Source: Octopus sinensis
Taxonomy: Eukaryota
Direction of reading: 5' to 3'
Assembly: GCF_006345805.1 (NCBI RefSeq)
Contig: NC_043008.1
Location: 53,816,001-53,880,000, forward strand
DNA: 64,000 bases
A model generated the notes under the pieces. It saw nothing but the letters and a program-made list of their open reading frames with translations, searched no databases and was not told the DNA's origin. Below are positions 1-14,324 of the stretch, piece after piece. Position 1 is the stretch's first letter. Each line of letters starts with the position of its first letter. The position numbers were made by a program, and so were the translations under genes.

Positions 1-314
1 GATACATATGCCAAATCGTACGCAGATCCCATCTCTCAAATTATACGTACAGGTTATTGGCCTACATCTCGAACCAGAGAACGTGAACCTAACACCAGGA
101 CATTGCGAGGCGAAATCTTTGAGCGTACTGACAAGTTTGTGCCATTATGATTTATAATATACTGAAATAATCGAATCATATATGGACGTCAACGAAAAAA
201 ACATTAAAAAGTGATTCGTTAAATTAATCAGAGAAAGAAATATGATCACATTTATCGCATAAACATCTGGTAACTGAATAGATATGTCTCAAATAATAAA
301 TCACATGAACTTAT

Positions 315-315
315 A

Positions 316-377
<62 letters not shown>

Positions 378-567
378 AGAGAGAGAGAGAGAGAGAGAGA
401 GAGATAATTATATATACATAGATATATATACACACACATAAACTATATATCTATATGTGTCTGTGAATATGTGTGTATCTTTTATACACGTGACTGGATG
501 AATATAGGTGCATATATACTTTCAAACGTACATGCATATGTATATGTACATGTATATGTATATATAT

Positions 568-611
<44 letters not shown>

Positions 612-738
612 TATATATCTGTGTGTGTAGTTATGTGGATGGTGTATGCGTACGTATATACGTATATCTTATATAAATGCATATATATTAGTATTTTCTT
701 ATATGTATATGTATACGTACATATATATGCATATATAT

Positions 739-828
<90 letters not shown>

Positions 829-900
829 ACATATATATGTATATATATATATATATTATATATATATATATATACATACATGCATACATAAATATATATA
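315..900. repeat. Compound (TA)n/(GA)n/(CA)n microsatellite tract
   Basis: Directly visible dinucleotide runs; source of the spurious YI-repeat ORFs. Confidence 0.95.
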
Positions 901-1949
901 GAGCTGCATGTAAATCAATGATAAATCTACTAAGTAGAGTTTCTTTGTTATAAAGGTCAGTGCAAAATATGCTTCAGGAAATACCTCACAACATCCTATT
1001 ATATGGTCGCACCTGTGCGCTGATCTGTAAATGAATTACACCGCTATAAATCTATTGTTACCTTAGTTTCTAAATCAGGTGTCAGCTGAAATGGATCAAC
1101 ATACTGAAAATGAGATTAGGAAGAAGTAGTAGTTAATAGGCTTTTTAAATGTTTAATTAACTAAGCTCTCTGGTTAGTAACTTGGTATGAAATATTTTAA
1201 TACGATAAAATCAGCGGCACATTAAGTTGTTTCAAATTGACCCACGCTAATCATTGCCAATGATAACGTGGATTTAACTAAGCAAATCGTTAACACCCGA
1301 AGGAAAGAGAGGAGGAGTAGACTGAGTATGATGCATTATGAACCCACTCTATGATCTTTAACTGTACATCATACTCAAGTACGAAGCATTGAGAAGCCGC
1401 AACAGCTGCGAAGTACTTATTTATCACCCTCGCAAATTCGAATCTCCATGACATTTTGTCATTTTATTTCTCTTGCTGGGAAAGAATTTTGCTTTTAGCA
1501 GGAACGGCGAGGCAAAATGAATGAATTACATGAGTCAACATTTAGAAGATTTATATTTCAATATACAATTGCTTGACGAACCGATATTTCGATATCATAT
1601 ATCATTAGAAGCTTGATATTACGTTAGTCGATATTTGGCCTCCTGATATTTCGATAGACCTTGGTTTGAACCATAGCAGTTCGATGTATTTTGCAACTGA
1701 AGTTTGACCGTCTGAAGTTTGAAGATACAGTTTCCGATACAGTTACCGAATATTTGTAGTTCATTAGCTCAGGGCCATCCACGATCGAATAAAGTTTTCA
1801 TAGAAGTTCCCTCTATGACAATTCACGGATTTAAATACCTGAGGAGTAACTGCAATAGAACGAGATCCAAAGGGAAAAAAGTGGAACGAATCGAGAGTCG
1901 AAGAAACTCAGAGACGAGCGATATATAGGGAAAAAATATATATATATAT

Positions 1950-1998
1950 GGTGCCCCAGCATGGCCGCGGCCTTCGGGCTAAAACATTTTTAAGGATT

Positions 1999-2000
<2 letters not shown>
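1950..2000 (+). mobile_element. Solitary 3' end of a SINE-B-related element within (TA)n
   Basis: GGTGCCCCAGCATGGCCGCGGCCTTCGGGCTAAAACATTTTTAAGGATTTA resembles the tail of the SINE at 19031-19440. A near-identical copy lies on - at 10594-10644. Confidence 0.7.
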
Positions 2001-2063
<63 letters not shown>

Positions 2064-2499
2064 TTTGTGTGTGTGTATGTGTGAAACAGAGAGATATACC
2101 AAGTGTGAGAGAGATTTATCAGGTTTACTTGAAGATTATCAACGAATGAATTTCTTATACTTCAATAACAGAATCCCTGTGACAAGTATATCTAACTTTT
2201 AGCAGCTCACTCATCTACCTGTAATTAACTGCTAAAACAAGGTGGTACACCTCACCATTGTAAGCAGCAAGGACATTCTAGATTTGACGAGTGTTTATGA
2301 GATTGCATTGTTAGGATTTAACTTTTACATGTAATTAATTTTCTCAGTATGAACTACGAGCACACGTATATTTAATAGGGCTTAAACTAGATGTATCGTT
2401 CCCCACCATTATCACGGCGTCCATTTTGTAACCATGAATGCCTCTGCTTGTGTTCCTAGAAATATCTACATAACAAATTTCGAATTACACCAACCGTAT

Positions 2500-2952
2500 G
2501 ACTATTCCAAATATTGGTACAAGCCCAGGAAATTTAGTGGGACCGTGTTCGACTCCAGTACTTCACAGGGACTTTATTAAGACGGCGAGCTGGCAGAAAC
2601 GTTAGCACGTCGGGCGAAACGCTTAGCGGTATTTCGCTTGCCGCTACGTTCTATGTTCAAATTCCGCCGAGGTCGACTTTGCCTTTCATCCTTTCGGGAT
2701 CGATTAAATAAGTACCAGTTACGCACTGGGGTTGATATAATCGACTTAATCTGTTTGTCCGTCTTTGTTCTTCCTCTCTGTGTTTAGCCCCTTGTGAGTA
2801 GTAAAGATATAGGTACTTTATTTTATTGATACCGAAAGGAAAAAAGGAAAAACTGACCTCGGCGGGATTAGAACTCAGAACATAAAAGACGGAAAAAAAT
2901 GTTACAAACTATTTTCACCCGACGCGCTAACGATTCTACCAGCTTCCTGCAT
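2500..2952 (-). mobile_element. Older SINE family A copy, split by a younger nested SINE
   Basis: Reverse complement of the family A core (AAAGG...GACCTCGGCGGGATTAGAACTCAGAAC...GCTAACGATTCTACCAGCT) resumes at 2812 after the insertion. Confidence 0.75.
2579..2810 (+). mobile_element. Full-length SINE family A with 12-bp TSD
   Basis: Head GGCGAGCTGGCAGAAACGTTAGC, B-box-like GTTCAAATTCC, core GTCGACTTTGCCTTTCATCCTTTCGG...AAGTACCAG. Flanks AGGGACTTTATT (2567-2578) and AGGTACTTTATT (2811-2822) differ at one base. Confidence 0.9.
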
Positions 2953-3084
2953 TCATCTACTTAGTAACAAACGGAGTCATCCAGAATAGAGACGTGTACC
3001 AACGTTCGCATATGAGGAAATACGATTTTATTTAGAAGATTTATCAGAAAATGATTGAAATATAATTTGTTTGCAAGTATAATA

Positions 3085-3265
3085 TTAATTTCAAATTTAA
3101 GCACAAGTACAACAATTCCGGGGGAAGGAACAAGTCAATTAGATCGATCACAATGCTCAACTCATACTTACTTTATCGATCCCATAAAAGATGAAAAGCA
3201 AAGTCGACACAGTCGGAATTTGAACTCAGAACGTAAAGACAGACGAAACGTCACTAAGCAAGTAT
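3085..3265 (-). mobile_element. SINE family A, decayed
   Basis: TTTATCGATCCC...ATGAAAAGCAAAGTCGAC...GGAATTTGAACTCAGAACGTAAAGAC is the reverse-complement core. Confidence 0.8.
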
Positions 3266-3304
3266 ATTAAGCACGGAACTTTTTTACTGACAATCATAGG
3301 GGTA

Positions 3305-3338
3305 TGTTATATAATATAATATAATATAATATAATATA

Positions 3339-3371
<33 letters not shown>

Positions 3372-3500
3372 TATTATTATTATTATTATTATAATTATCA
3401 TTATTATTATTATTATTATTATTATTGTTATTATTATTATTATAATTATCATTATTATTATTATTATTTTTATTGTTGTTATTGTTGTTGTTGTTGTTGA
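3305..3500. repeat. (TA)n/(TTA)n/(TTG)n microsatellite
   Basis: Directly visible. Confidence 0.95.
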
Positions 3501-3835
3501 TAACAACGCGACGGTTATGTTGGCAAACACAGAGGGATTTGTTAATCTGACCATTTGGTTTACTGTTTCTTTGTGATTGAGCAAAGCTGTCTTCACTTTA
3601 TTTTCCATACATTTTTTTCATTCTGCGGTTGTATTCCATGGCGGAGCGGAATGCTAAACGAATCAGTGAAATATGTTTTTAGTTTTGTTTATTGTGTGGA
3701 AAAGATTAAGAAAGGGGGGGAGAGGTGTAGCAAAGACGTTACAAAAATAAATCAAAGCTTTCCCATTCACATAATATTTGATGTTCGTTTACATTAAATG
3801 TTTGGTGTTTCATACATTCAATATATTCTAGACAT

Positions 3836-5053
<1,218 letters not shown>

Positions 5054-5292
5054 TTAATTATATATGCACTAACGTAGAGCTTGTCAAAAGCGACGTGCCG
5101 AAATTTAATCTTCCCTCAGTAATTCATAAGGATTGTGCGAGACATATTTCTTCTTTTTCTTCTTTTTCTTCTGCTTCAGTTTGTCTTCTTTCTGCCGAGT
5201 GCTATACTTTCTGCCTCTATTCACAATTTATCCACACTCGAGATATTCATATACTTGATTATATTTTCTCCTCATCCATTTCTACGTACCTC

Positions 5293-5641
5293 TGTATGTA
5301 TGTATGTATGTATGTATGTATGTATGTATGTATGTATGTATGTATGTATGTATGTATGTATGTTTTATGTATGTATGTACGTTGTATGTATGTTGTATGT
5401 TTGTTGTATGTATGTATGTATGTATGTATGTATGTATGCATGCATGTATGTATGTATGTATGTATGTATGTATGCATGCATGTATGTATGTATGTATGTA
5501 TGTATGTATGTATGTATGTATGTATGTATGTGTGTGTGTATGTATGTATGTATGTATAAATGTATGTATGTATGTATGTGTGTATGTATGTATGTATGTA
5601 TGTATGTATGTATGTATGTATGTATGTATGTATGTATGTAT
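5293..5641. repeat. (TATG)n microsatellite
   Basis: Directly visible; source of the MYVC-repeat ORFs. Confidence 0.97.
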
Positions 5642-5644
5642 TGG

Positions 5645-5780
5645 ACTTTACTCTGTTTCTGAAGAAGAGAGTTGTTCGAAACGTTAACCCATGTTTCTTT
5701 CCTTCCCTGAACGTCTACGAATACTTTACATGTACTACGTCCTCGCGTTGTTTTTTCTATTTGTTTTTATTCTTTTTTTA
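5645..5780 (+). mobile_element. PLE-like terminal repeat fragment with a degenerate hammerhead (5655-5689)
   Basis: gttt-CTGAAGA-agagagttgttc-GAAA-cg-TT-aacc; homologous to 42145-42325 on -. Confidence 0.6.
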
Positions 5781-5806
5781 GTGGGGTTACTATGTATGTC
5801 TGTATG

Positions 5807-6720
5807 TCATTGTTTAGTTCTATTTCAAGATTCCTTGCCAATGGAGGAAAAGCCAGTTTCTAACCTTTATCGTTTATTGGAATTTCAATATCAACAAGAA
5901 GAAAGTTTTGTTTGTATGTATGGATATATGTATGTATGTATATATGTACGTATGTATGTATATCTGCAGATTTGTATGTTTCGTTTATGCATGCATTCTC
6001 ATGCATATAGTTGCATATCTAGATATGTTCATATATATTTAAATGCTAAACTTTTGGAAAGTTTTACAGACTTTTACAATTCCATTGATGGACTGGATCT
6101 GTAATCTTCAAATTAGCTTTCTGCTTTCTGGTTTTGAGAAGCCTAATTTCTCAAGATTGGTATTTAGGCAGTGTATTACATATCCCAGGTCCCCAATAAT
6201 TACAGTCATAAACTTGAACTTGTGATCTGTATAGAGTAACTGCAGGTTTCTCAATAGCTCAGCGTAGGTATTGACCTTTTCACTGATCCTCAGCTTTATG
6301 TTAACATCCACTGGACAGCTAACTTCCATAACTTTACACAGTTTCTCTTCTCTATCCCAAATCATTATATCAGGTCTGTTAAATTTTATTGAGGTCTTCA
6401 GCATTTTTATTATGAGTGGCTATGGATTCTACCATACTGTGGTTTCTTATTTCTTTGTCCTCGGTGTTATCTTTCCGACGGATTTCATTATAGTGTCCTA
6501 GCTACAAATTCATATCTCATCGGTAGATAATACCGCGATAACATTTCCCGACTACTGTTATCTTGATATCTTCGGTGTTAACTCCACAAAGTCTGCATCG
6601 GTTGTCACATTTTACTGCTTTTCCTTCTGTATCCCTATCCCTTTTGTGCATTAGGTACATGGTTGATATTTCTTATTCCTGGATTGCAAACACATACTCT
6701 TCAAAGTAGGAGGTACGAAT
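5807..6720 (-). mobile_element. 5'-truncated R4/Dong-like non-LTR retrotransposon with restriction-like endonuclease, pseudogenised
   Basis: The minus strand reads FEEYVFAIQE*EISTMYL...CDNRCRLCGVNTEDI (zinc-knuckle start), then NRPDIMIWDREEKLCKVMEVSCPVDVNIKLRISEKVNTYAEL (PD..D/E RLE motif) and LQIQSINGIVKVCKTF, followed by a 3' UTR. Confidence 0.85.
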
Positions 6721-6730
6721 CCGATGTATG

Positions 6731-6780
<50 letters not shown>

Positions 6781-7194
6781 TCCCTTTGTTTTTCTCTCTG
6801 TCAAATTCTGCCTCCACTCATTTTTCAAAATCTTGCTCCAATATCTTTACCACACATGAATTTCACTCTTTTTCTTTCTAACCATTGTATTCTATCTATC
6901 ATTCAATCACTTTCTCTAATTCCGTTATTTTAGAGTTATAATGAATGACATAAACAACAATATGCAATTCACAGTGGAATATATTCAAAATCAAATACTA
7001 TTCTGGATATTTTAATCATTAAAAAAAGCCAGAAACATCGAAACCGACATGGATTACAAACGTCAGACTCATTACTATACGTGTTATTTACTTCTTGCCA
7101 TCCAAAACAAACACAATATACTGTTTTGATTAGCAACAATAATATGCTCCGCAGTTTCGAATTTTTTTACTCGGAATAAATGGCTCTAATAACG

Positions 7195-7408
7195 ATGTCA
7201 AATTTTGGCACAAGGCCAGCAAGTTTGGGGGAGGGATTAAGTGGATTACATCGACCCCAGGGTTCAACTGGTACTCCTTTTGTCGACCCTCGAAAGGGGG
7301 AAAGGCAAAGTCGTCCCCAGTGGAATTTTATCTCAAAACGTAAAGACGGACAAAATGCCGCTTAGCATCTTGTTCGGTGTGCTAACGATTCAACCAACTC
7401 GCCATCTT
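7195..7408 (-). mobile_element. SINE family A
   Basis: TTTTGGCACAAGGCCAGCAAG...CATCGACCCCAG...AAAGGCAAAGTCG...GCTAACGATTC is the reverse complement of the family consensus. Confidence 0.8.
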
Positions 7409-7414
7409 AAAAGT

Positions 7415-7462
7415 CTCTACTAATGACAGCGAAAACTGCTTGTAAGTCGAAACCTGTCAGAG
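7415..7462 (+). ncRNA. Degenerate type-I hammerhead ribozyme remnant
   Basis: ctct(a)-CTAATGA-...gtc-GAAA-cctg-TC-agag; core G5 is changed to A and stem III is one change from palindromic ccgg. Confidence 0.4.
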
Positions 7463-7894
7463 CAATAAGTAGACAATGATTACGAAAGACAAAAACAAAC
7501 CAGGGCCACCTGAAACCTTTTCTTGAAATTCCTTATCGTTTGGGTTCTGGTAGGTTTGCTGAGATTTCTGCCAATTTTGGTTCCGTAAAAAGGAACGTTA
7601 AATTACAAGACTTAAAATTGTGGTACAAATAATTTTGTACCCGAATTAAGTGTAAAGAATTTTTACGAATAAAAGCTTTCGGTAGACGCGTTGTAATTGT
7701 TATCGATATTGTTGATTTGATCTGAGCTTGCATTGTTTGTAACTTCCTATAAAAACAAGTTAGAGGAATGTGGCTATAAATTTAATGCTTGAATGATTAT
7801 TAATAAGAGGCTATTAAGCAAAATAGCGTGATTTATTTATTGCTATATGTCAACATATTTCATAGCTCACAAAAATCATGTCGGAGATAATTGC

Positions 7895-7987
7895 CACCAT
7901 CATCATCATCATCATCATCATCATTATCATAATCATCGTCGGCGGCGGCGGCGTCGCCGTCATTATCATCACTACTACTACTACTAC

Positions 7988-8055
<68 letters not shown>

Positions 8056-8293
8056 TATGTTTGACTTTTGCTTTACATTTGTACAAGCTGGCCCCAAGTC
8101 TCGCCCAGATACCTCAAGAGACAACAGGTTGGACATTTATGTTGGTGTTATGCCTAGGTTGCCATATATTTGACTTCGTACTTAGTGTTGCACTAGTGAA
8201 TAATAATAATAATAATTATTGTTTTTATTATTATTATTATTATTATTATTGTTGTTGTTGTTTTTGTTGTCGTTGTTGTTGTTGTTGTTGTCG

Positions 8294-8331
<38 letters not shown>
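7895..8331. repeat. (CAT)n/(CGG)n/(TTA)n/(TTG)n trinucleotide cluster
   Basis: Directly visible; source of the poly-H/R/Y/I ORFs. Confidence 0.95.
8055..8198 (-). mobile_element. Probable 3' UTR fragment of a non-LTR element embedded in (TAA)n
   Basis: Unique 144-bp island ending (on -) ...TTGTACAAATGTAAAGCAAAAGTCAAACATAG-(AAT)n. The Dong/R4-like assignment is inferred from the (TAA)n context; no ORF is present. Confidence 0.45.
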
Positions 8332-8332
<1 letters not shown>

Positions 8333-9036
8333 GGTCAGGCCTGAATGAACTGCATTATAGTTAGTAGGAAGTCGATCGAAATATGTTTTTACCTGCTTAA
8401 TAGCCAAACTAGTCACGAACCCACTGTGCGTTTTATCGCAAAGGATGCAATCGGGTAATCTTAGCATGTTATGCAGCGTCCGTTCTACAGCCCACTATGC
8501 TACACCTGCCTGTTACTGTTTAGCCCTAGGACAAATTTTACGTAGCAAATCTAAGACTAAATGTATTCCAGCAGTGACTACCTCTTTTGATTTTTTTAAG
8601 AGTATACAAGACTATATTAAATATTGTAAGATTTCCAATTAATGTAATTTACATAATTAAATAAATAAAAGCTGTGCTGATAAAAGTTATGAACTTTCAA
8701 TTTCAGAGATTATCGCCACCGTCAATTTATGAGATTATCGCCACGTCCATTCGAAACGGTTACAATTGCTCAAAGCATTTATATATTTTTCTTTCGAAGA
8801 AAAGATAATTTCGGTATATCAAGAACGTATCCTGTACGATATGTTATATATAATAATTCGTCTTTATTATTGATATTCTTGCCGTTGGCCTCGCTGAGTT
8901 ATTTCTCTTAACGAATTTAAGTTCATATTAGGCAGATTGCCCTAGGCTGTAAATGCTATCGGGCCATTATGTATATACATCAGTATCTCGTTGGCTGAAG
9001 TCGAGGTGACTCGGCCACGGTGCGTAATCGATGGAG

Positions 9037-9070
<34 letters not shown>

Positions 9071-9341
9071 CGATAAAAATGTCCCATTGTGGAATAAATA
9101 ATGGATGCAAAAGTTCGAGTATAGATTTGAAGGTGATACTGCAACGTTTGCCAATTGACTTAAACACATCAAATTATGTGTATGGCCGTGTGTGTGTGTG
9201 TGTGTGTGTCTCTGTGTGTCTCTGTGTGTCTCTGTGTGTGTGGGTATGTGTGTGTATTACTTAGCTGCATAGATGTATTTACATATATGTGTATATGTGA
9301 ATATATATTTTCGCTTATGTGTGTACATACACACAGACAGT

Positions 9342-9378
<37 letters not shown>

Positions 9379-9934
9379 AAACACATATAAATTAAACATT
9401 CATATATAAATTAGACAGCCACGGAGACATAACACAACCCTGTCTTAACCTCACCTTCACATCAAGCCACTCACTTCACCACCCAGCCTAACGCACGCCC
9501 TACTTTCTCCATAAAAAACTTTGAACAGTTTGTGTGTGGTTTGCATGGCCGTGTAGATATATCTACATATATGTGTATATGTGAATATATATATTTTCGC
9601 TTATGTGCATATACACACACAGACACAGTCACAGACACACTCACACACAAACACATATAGCTATGTATGGATGCATGCAATTATATATTTGTGTGAGTGC
9701 CTCTGTGTGTGTGTGTATGCGTTTTCCATGACCGCATACATATATCTACGTATATGTGTATATGTGGATATATATGTTTGCTTATGTGTGTATACACACA
9801 AGCACATACATAAGTTTGTATATAAGTTTATATGTATATATGCAAGTATATATTTTGCGCGTGTGTGTGTTTGTGTGTATGTATGTGTGTATGTGTGTGT
9901 GTGTGTGTGTGTTGTGTGTGTGTGTGTGTGTGTG

Positions 9935-10500
9935 ATTCAAGGAAGATACAAGTCGCACCATCACATCACACACACTCTAGAACTGGAAAGGCTAAAAGAA
10001 CGCAAATGGCAAGGGGAAACAACACTAGCAATTAAGTTCATGAAAGAAGGAGAAAAGCCAATCAGGACGGCACAAAGTACGGGTAGATGTCTAATACAAG
10101 AAGCCCAATAATGGGATATGAAAGTAGACCTGGGGAAAGATTACAGTTTCCCCAGATCATTGTGACAAATCTGAAGCCAGTTGTAATATTTTGGTTTTAA
10201 AAGACAAAGTAAACAATATCAATTAAGCTTACTCTTCCGTGGAAGATCGATATGATCAAGGCTTTTGAATGGAAGCGTGCCATGTACAAGAGCCTTCTGC
10301 AGATTTATAGAGAGAAGAGGTGGCAGTTATGGCTGTAGAGGATTCCCTGCTCAGTCGGTAAGACGGGCGCTTACAGCAATAGGAATAAGAGAGAAAATGC
10401 GTTTGTAGTTGTGGGCAGTATGAAATAGGCAGCAGAGGGAACTTGTTGCTAGTTATGGAGTTAGAGGGAAGAGTTAAGTAGGAAGCTAGGAGAAGAATAT
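9935..10500 (+). mobile_element. HERO-like RLE non-LTR retrotransposon 3' fragment, pseudogenised
   Basis: QGRYKSHH...AIKFMKEGEK...WDMKVDLGK/LQFP/IVTNLKPVVIFW..IKLTLPW...KRAMYKSL...REKRWQLWL, later AAEGTCC*LWS. These fit HERO-clade motifs (QGRYxWRH, VDLGxxLxFP, LRPDIV, ELTVPWE, AAExASxWLW) with stops and frameshifts. Confidence 0.8.
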
Positions 10501-10593
10501 AATCCAGGATTTGGTCAACTCTGCTGACAGCCAAAATGTAATGTGAAAGTGGGCATGGATGTTTGTATGTATGTGTTTATTCGTTTGTATATG

Positions 10594-10644
10594 TAAATCC
10601 TGAAAAATGTTTTAGCCCGAAGGCCGCGTCCATGCTGGGGTACC
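10594..10644 (-). mobile_element. Solitary SINE-B-related 3' end
   Basis: Near-identical reverse complement of 1950-2000. Confidence 0.7.
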
Positions 10645-10689
10645 AAGAGAGAGAGAGAGAGAGAAAGTGAGATATAAATATATATATAG

Positions 10690-10762
10690 GTACATAGATA
10701 GATATATAGATAGATAGATAGAAGATAGATAGATAGATAGATATATAGATAGATAGACAGAC

Positions 10763-10821
<59 letters not shown>

Positions 10822-10846
10822 GATAGATAGATAGATAGATAGATAG
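10690..10846. repeat. (GATA)n microsatellite
   Basis: Directly visible. Confidence 0.95.
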
Positions 10847-11519
10847 ACGTGCATGCATATATATACTGATGCATAGATCGAGAAATAAATAGATAAATAC
10901 GCATATGTATGTATATACATATACATAAATCAGTTTGTGTTTCTATGTTTAGATTAATTTAAACGTACGCATGCATCTATTTGCATCAGTACATGCATAG
11001 TTTATAAATGGAATCGTGTATGTCGGTAGGGAAAAGCTTTTGTAAGCTTCTGTGCGCGTGTGTGTGTTCGTATGGATGTGAGTGTTTATATGAGTATGTA
11101 TACGTGTGCATGTGTGTGAGCAGATATTTTACAGAGCAATTCCCTAATCCATGCTTTACTGCTGACATATTTACATAAACCAATGAATAAACTCTGGAAG
11201 GGGAATAGAAACAAATGATGATTAAAGGAGGAGGTGGGATTGAGGGATTCTTATGAAATGCATGGCATAAAAAATATTTACCTTTATTCCACTAGAAAAA
11301 TATATAGCATACTACATGCATAGAATATATCGGTATACAAGCAGTCACTGATTGTCTCTACATGCGGTCCAGGTTTGCTAAAAACAACAACCAAATCAGA
11401 CAACAGATGATGCGTCTTTTGTAGTCCTAGATACACAACGTTCCATGAAAATATTTTATATCCACGGAATGCTTTTCTTTTCTTTCTGCGATCTTGAAAA
11501 CATAGGGACACATTGCAAG

Positions 11520-12090
11520 CAGGGCCTGATCTATCTATGGGCCAGTATGAGCCATGGCCCAGAGGCCCCCAATTTGGTGACAGACCACGCATCGACTCAG
11601 AAAAACCTAAAAAATATTTTACTTTATTTTGATCTTGGCTACTGCTCTCTATTATCGTTTATATTTCATAAAAACTGATACCTAGTTTTAGTTTTGTCCT
11701 TAAATTATTTATATCCTAAAAACAGCGGCTTTTGATAAATTTATTTATATTCTTTTAGTTTTTATGTGCAATATTGTTTTTGTTTGTTTCTTGTTTGTTG
11801 ATACTTTCGAAATGAGTTTTATCTTATTTAGCCTTAAATTGAACGAAATTTAGTTTTGTTAACCAACGATAATCGTACCAAAGTAAACTGAATACATGTC
11901 ATGTTTCAATTTAATTGAGTGACAGTCTTTGTTATTTTGGCTGCACCAGCCAAGTTTATTGGTTTTGAAATTCATAATGATATTGATTGACTTTAGACAT
12001 TTAAACAGTTGAAAATTTCATAAGCAAAATCGAATGGTCTCCAAAAGATCTTTTTGGTCCAGGATCACATTAGATCTAATACCGACTCTG
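11520..12090. mobile_element. Possible old non-autonomous hAT-like element
   Basis: GC-rich ends CAGGGCCTGATCTA... and, as reverse complement, CAGAGTCGGTATTAG... surround an AT-rich interior. The 8-bp flanks ATTGCAAG and ATTGTAGT match at only 5 of 8 positions. Confidence 0.35.
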
Positions 12091-13008
12091 ATTGTAGTCC
12101 TAGATATATTGCTCCTTCCTTTCTGCTGAATACATTAAAAGAATCAGCGCTGTCTTATTTTTAGCCACTCATTTGCTACCGTATTTTTTACATATATCAG
12201 TTTACCTGTAAATTATTCTACTAAATACATTCCAATTTCAACACTTGTGAACCAACGATAGAACCTCTATGTCGTTGATACCCTGGGAAAAATATTGAAA
12301 TCAAATGTAAATCAAACTCGACTCTATAAATTAAAAGGAACGCATAGAATAAGTTAGCCCAAGATAGAATACTACGATGTGGTTGAATGTAAGTCAGGGA
12401 CGTCAGAGTAGGAAGTCCTTTCTTCTTAATCTATTTATTGAAAGATTTTCTGGTGCTCAACAAATATAACCACAAGAACAACAGTAACTTTTTACCCTCC
12501 TCTCTAAACGTAAATAGACACTGGTGCCTGGTCAAAATATATAAACATAATATAAACAAATATATAAACATAATATAAACTCATTTGTGTTGTGATGTAG
12601 AAAAATTAAAGTTGTTTCGATCCAAAACTAGAACTGCGAAAAATGTGAGCCACACAATAAGAGCTACTGACCCTGAATTTAAGATATGGATCAATTTTAA
12701 TAAAATATTATTGAATGGAATTAAGTCTCTGAGGAATGCGCCCTGCGATTTTATGATATCAAATTAAAGTATTGCACACTTGGAATAAATTCTCGTATGT
12801 TCCTAACTAATGTAGTTAAAACCAGTTCAAAAGAAGTCATATATCTTGGTCTGGATAATAAAGAATCGATTTTGGAATTACCAATAGAATGATTCTTAAA
12901 ACGTTCACCGATACAGACTCATACACACACACACATATATATAACTTACAAACCTATTTAAACTACCTGCTTTTATATAATATTACCTCGTACAAAGAGA
13001 CATGCACG

Positions 13009-13187
13009 TAATAAACCAGAATATTGGGACGTAGTGCATGGTCTCACACAAAAGCAGAGATTTATTGCACCTGTATATACATGTATGTGATTAAACATAA
13101 ATGTCTGAACGTATATTTATATATATATGTGTATACGTACATATACACATACATATACTTACGTGTCTCTATATATTATATATACAT
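13009..13187 (+). repeat. 179-bp direct repeat, copy 1 (presumed donor)
   Basis: Matches 14146-14324 with about 3 substitutions by eye. Confidence 0.95.
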
Positions 13188-14145
13188 GTATATATGCATA
13201 TATATATAAGCATATACTTACAGTATATTACATTTGTAAGAGTATATATATACATATTTATACACATACATACATACATATATACATACATGTGTCTCAG
13301 AAGCACACATGTATCTATATGTATACACAAATTCACACACTCGCGCGAGCACACACACATACATACATACATATATACATACATACATACATATATACAT
13401 ACATACATATATGCATACTTATATACATATATACATACATACATACATGCATACATAAATGTGTGTGTGTGCGTGTGTATGTGTGTGAGTGTGTGTGTGT
13501 TTACGTGCAGGGCCATATGATCGAAGCTCTATCTTGCATATTTTTCTGCTTCATTACTCTTGTCAATAATGACCTTTCAAAAGATCGATATTATTTTATC
13601 CAATAACATTTCTAATATTTAATGGCCGTAAAAATATTTAAAAAATATATTTATATTTATCATATTTTGTCAATTATTTACTTTGATCGTTCAACCTGAA
13701 CGATATACAGCAATGATGTTCATAGTTCTTTTGCAAGAAATTATTTTACATTTTTTAATATTTTTGCACTATCTTATTAGTGATGGCAGATATTCTGAGA
13801 CTTTTATTTGGTTGAGAATCTACTTTGATGGTTTGCCATTTTCTGGAATATATATTCTATTAGTTACCGTGGGTTATTTCTTTATTTTTATATTTACTTG
13901 TCTTTTAGTCGAAACATTAAGACAGAGACCATGGCACTTTACAAGGCTCCCGAGATTGTTGAGAGGTGGTGTAGAAGTTGTCCTCAAACAAAGGCTCTAA
14001 TTCGAATGCTTTCAACAGAATGAAGTCCGCTTAGTGGTACTTCAGGGCCAGATGGTGGTGTTAAACCGAACGATACACTAAGTCTACCACTTAATTTACC
14101 CACCACGGTAGCATTTCAACTCAGAACATAAAGACCGTAATAAAT

Positions 14146-14324
14146 TAATAAACCAGAATATTGGGACGTAGTGCATGGTCTCACACAAAAGCAGAGATTT
14201 ATTGCACCTGTATATACATGTATGTGATTAAACATAAATGTATGAACGTATATTTATATATATATATGTATACGTACATATACACATACATATATTTACG
14301 TGTCTCTATATATTATATATACAT
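14146..14324 (+). repeat. 179-bp direct repeat, copy 2 (inside a decayed SINE A)
   Basis: Matches 13009-13187; flanked by SINE pieces CATTTCAACTCAGAACATAAAGAC and TTCCTGCCAGTCCATCGCCTT. Confidence 0.95.
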
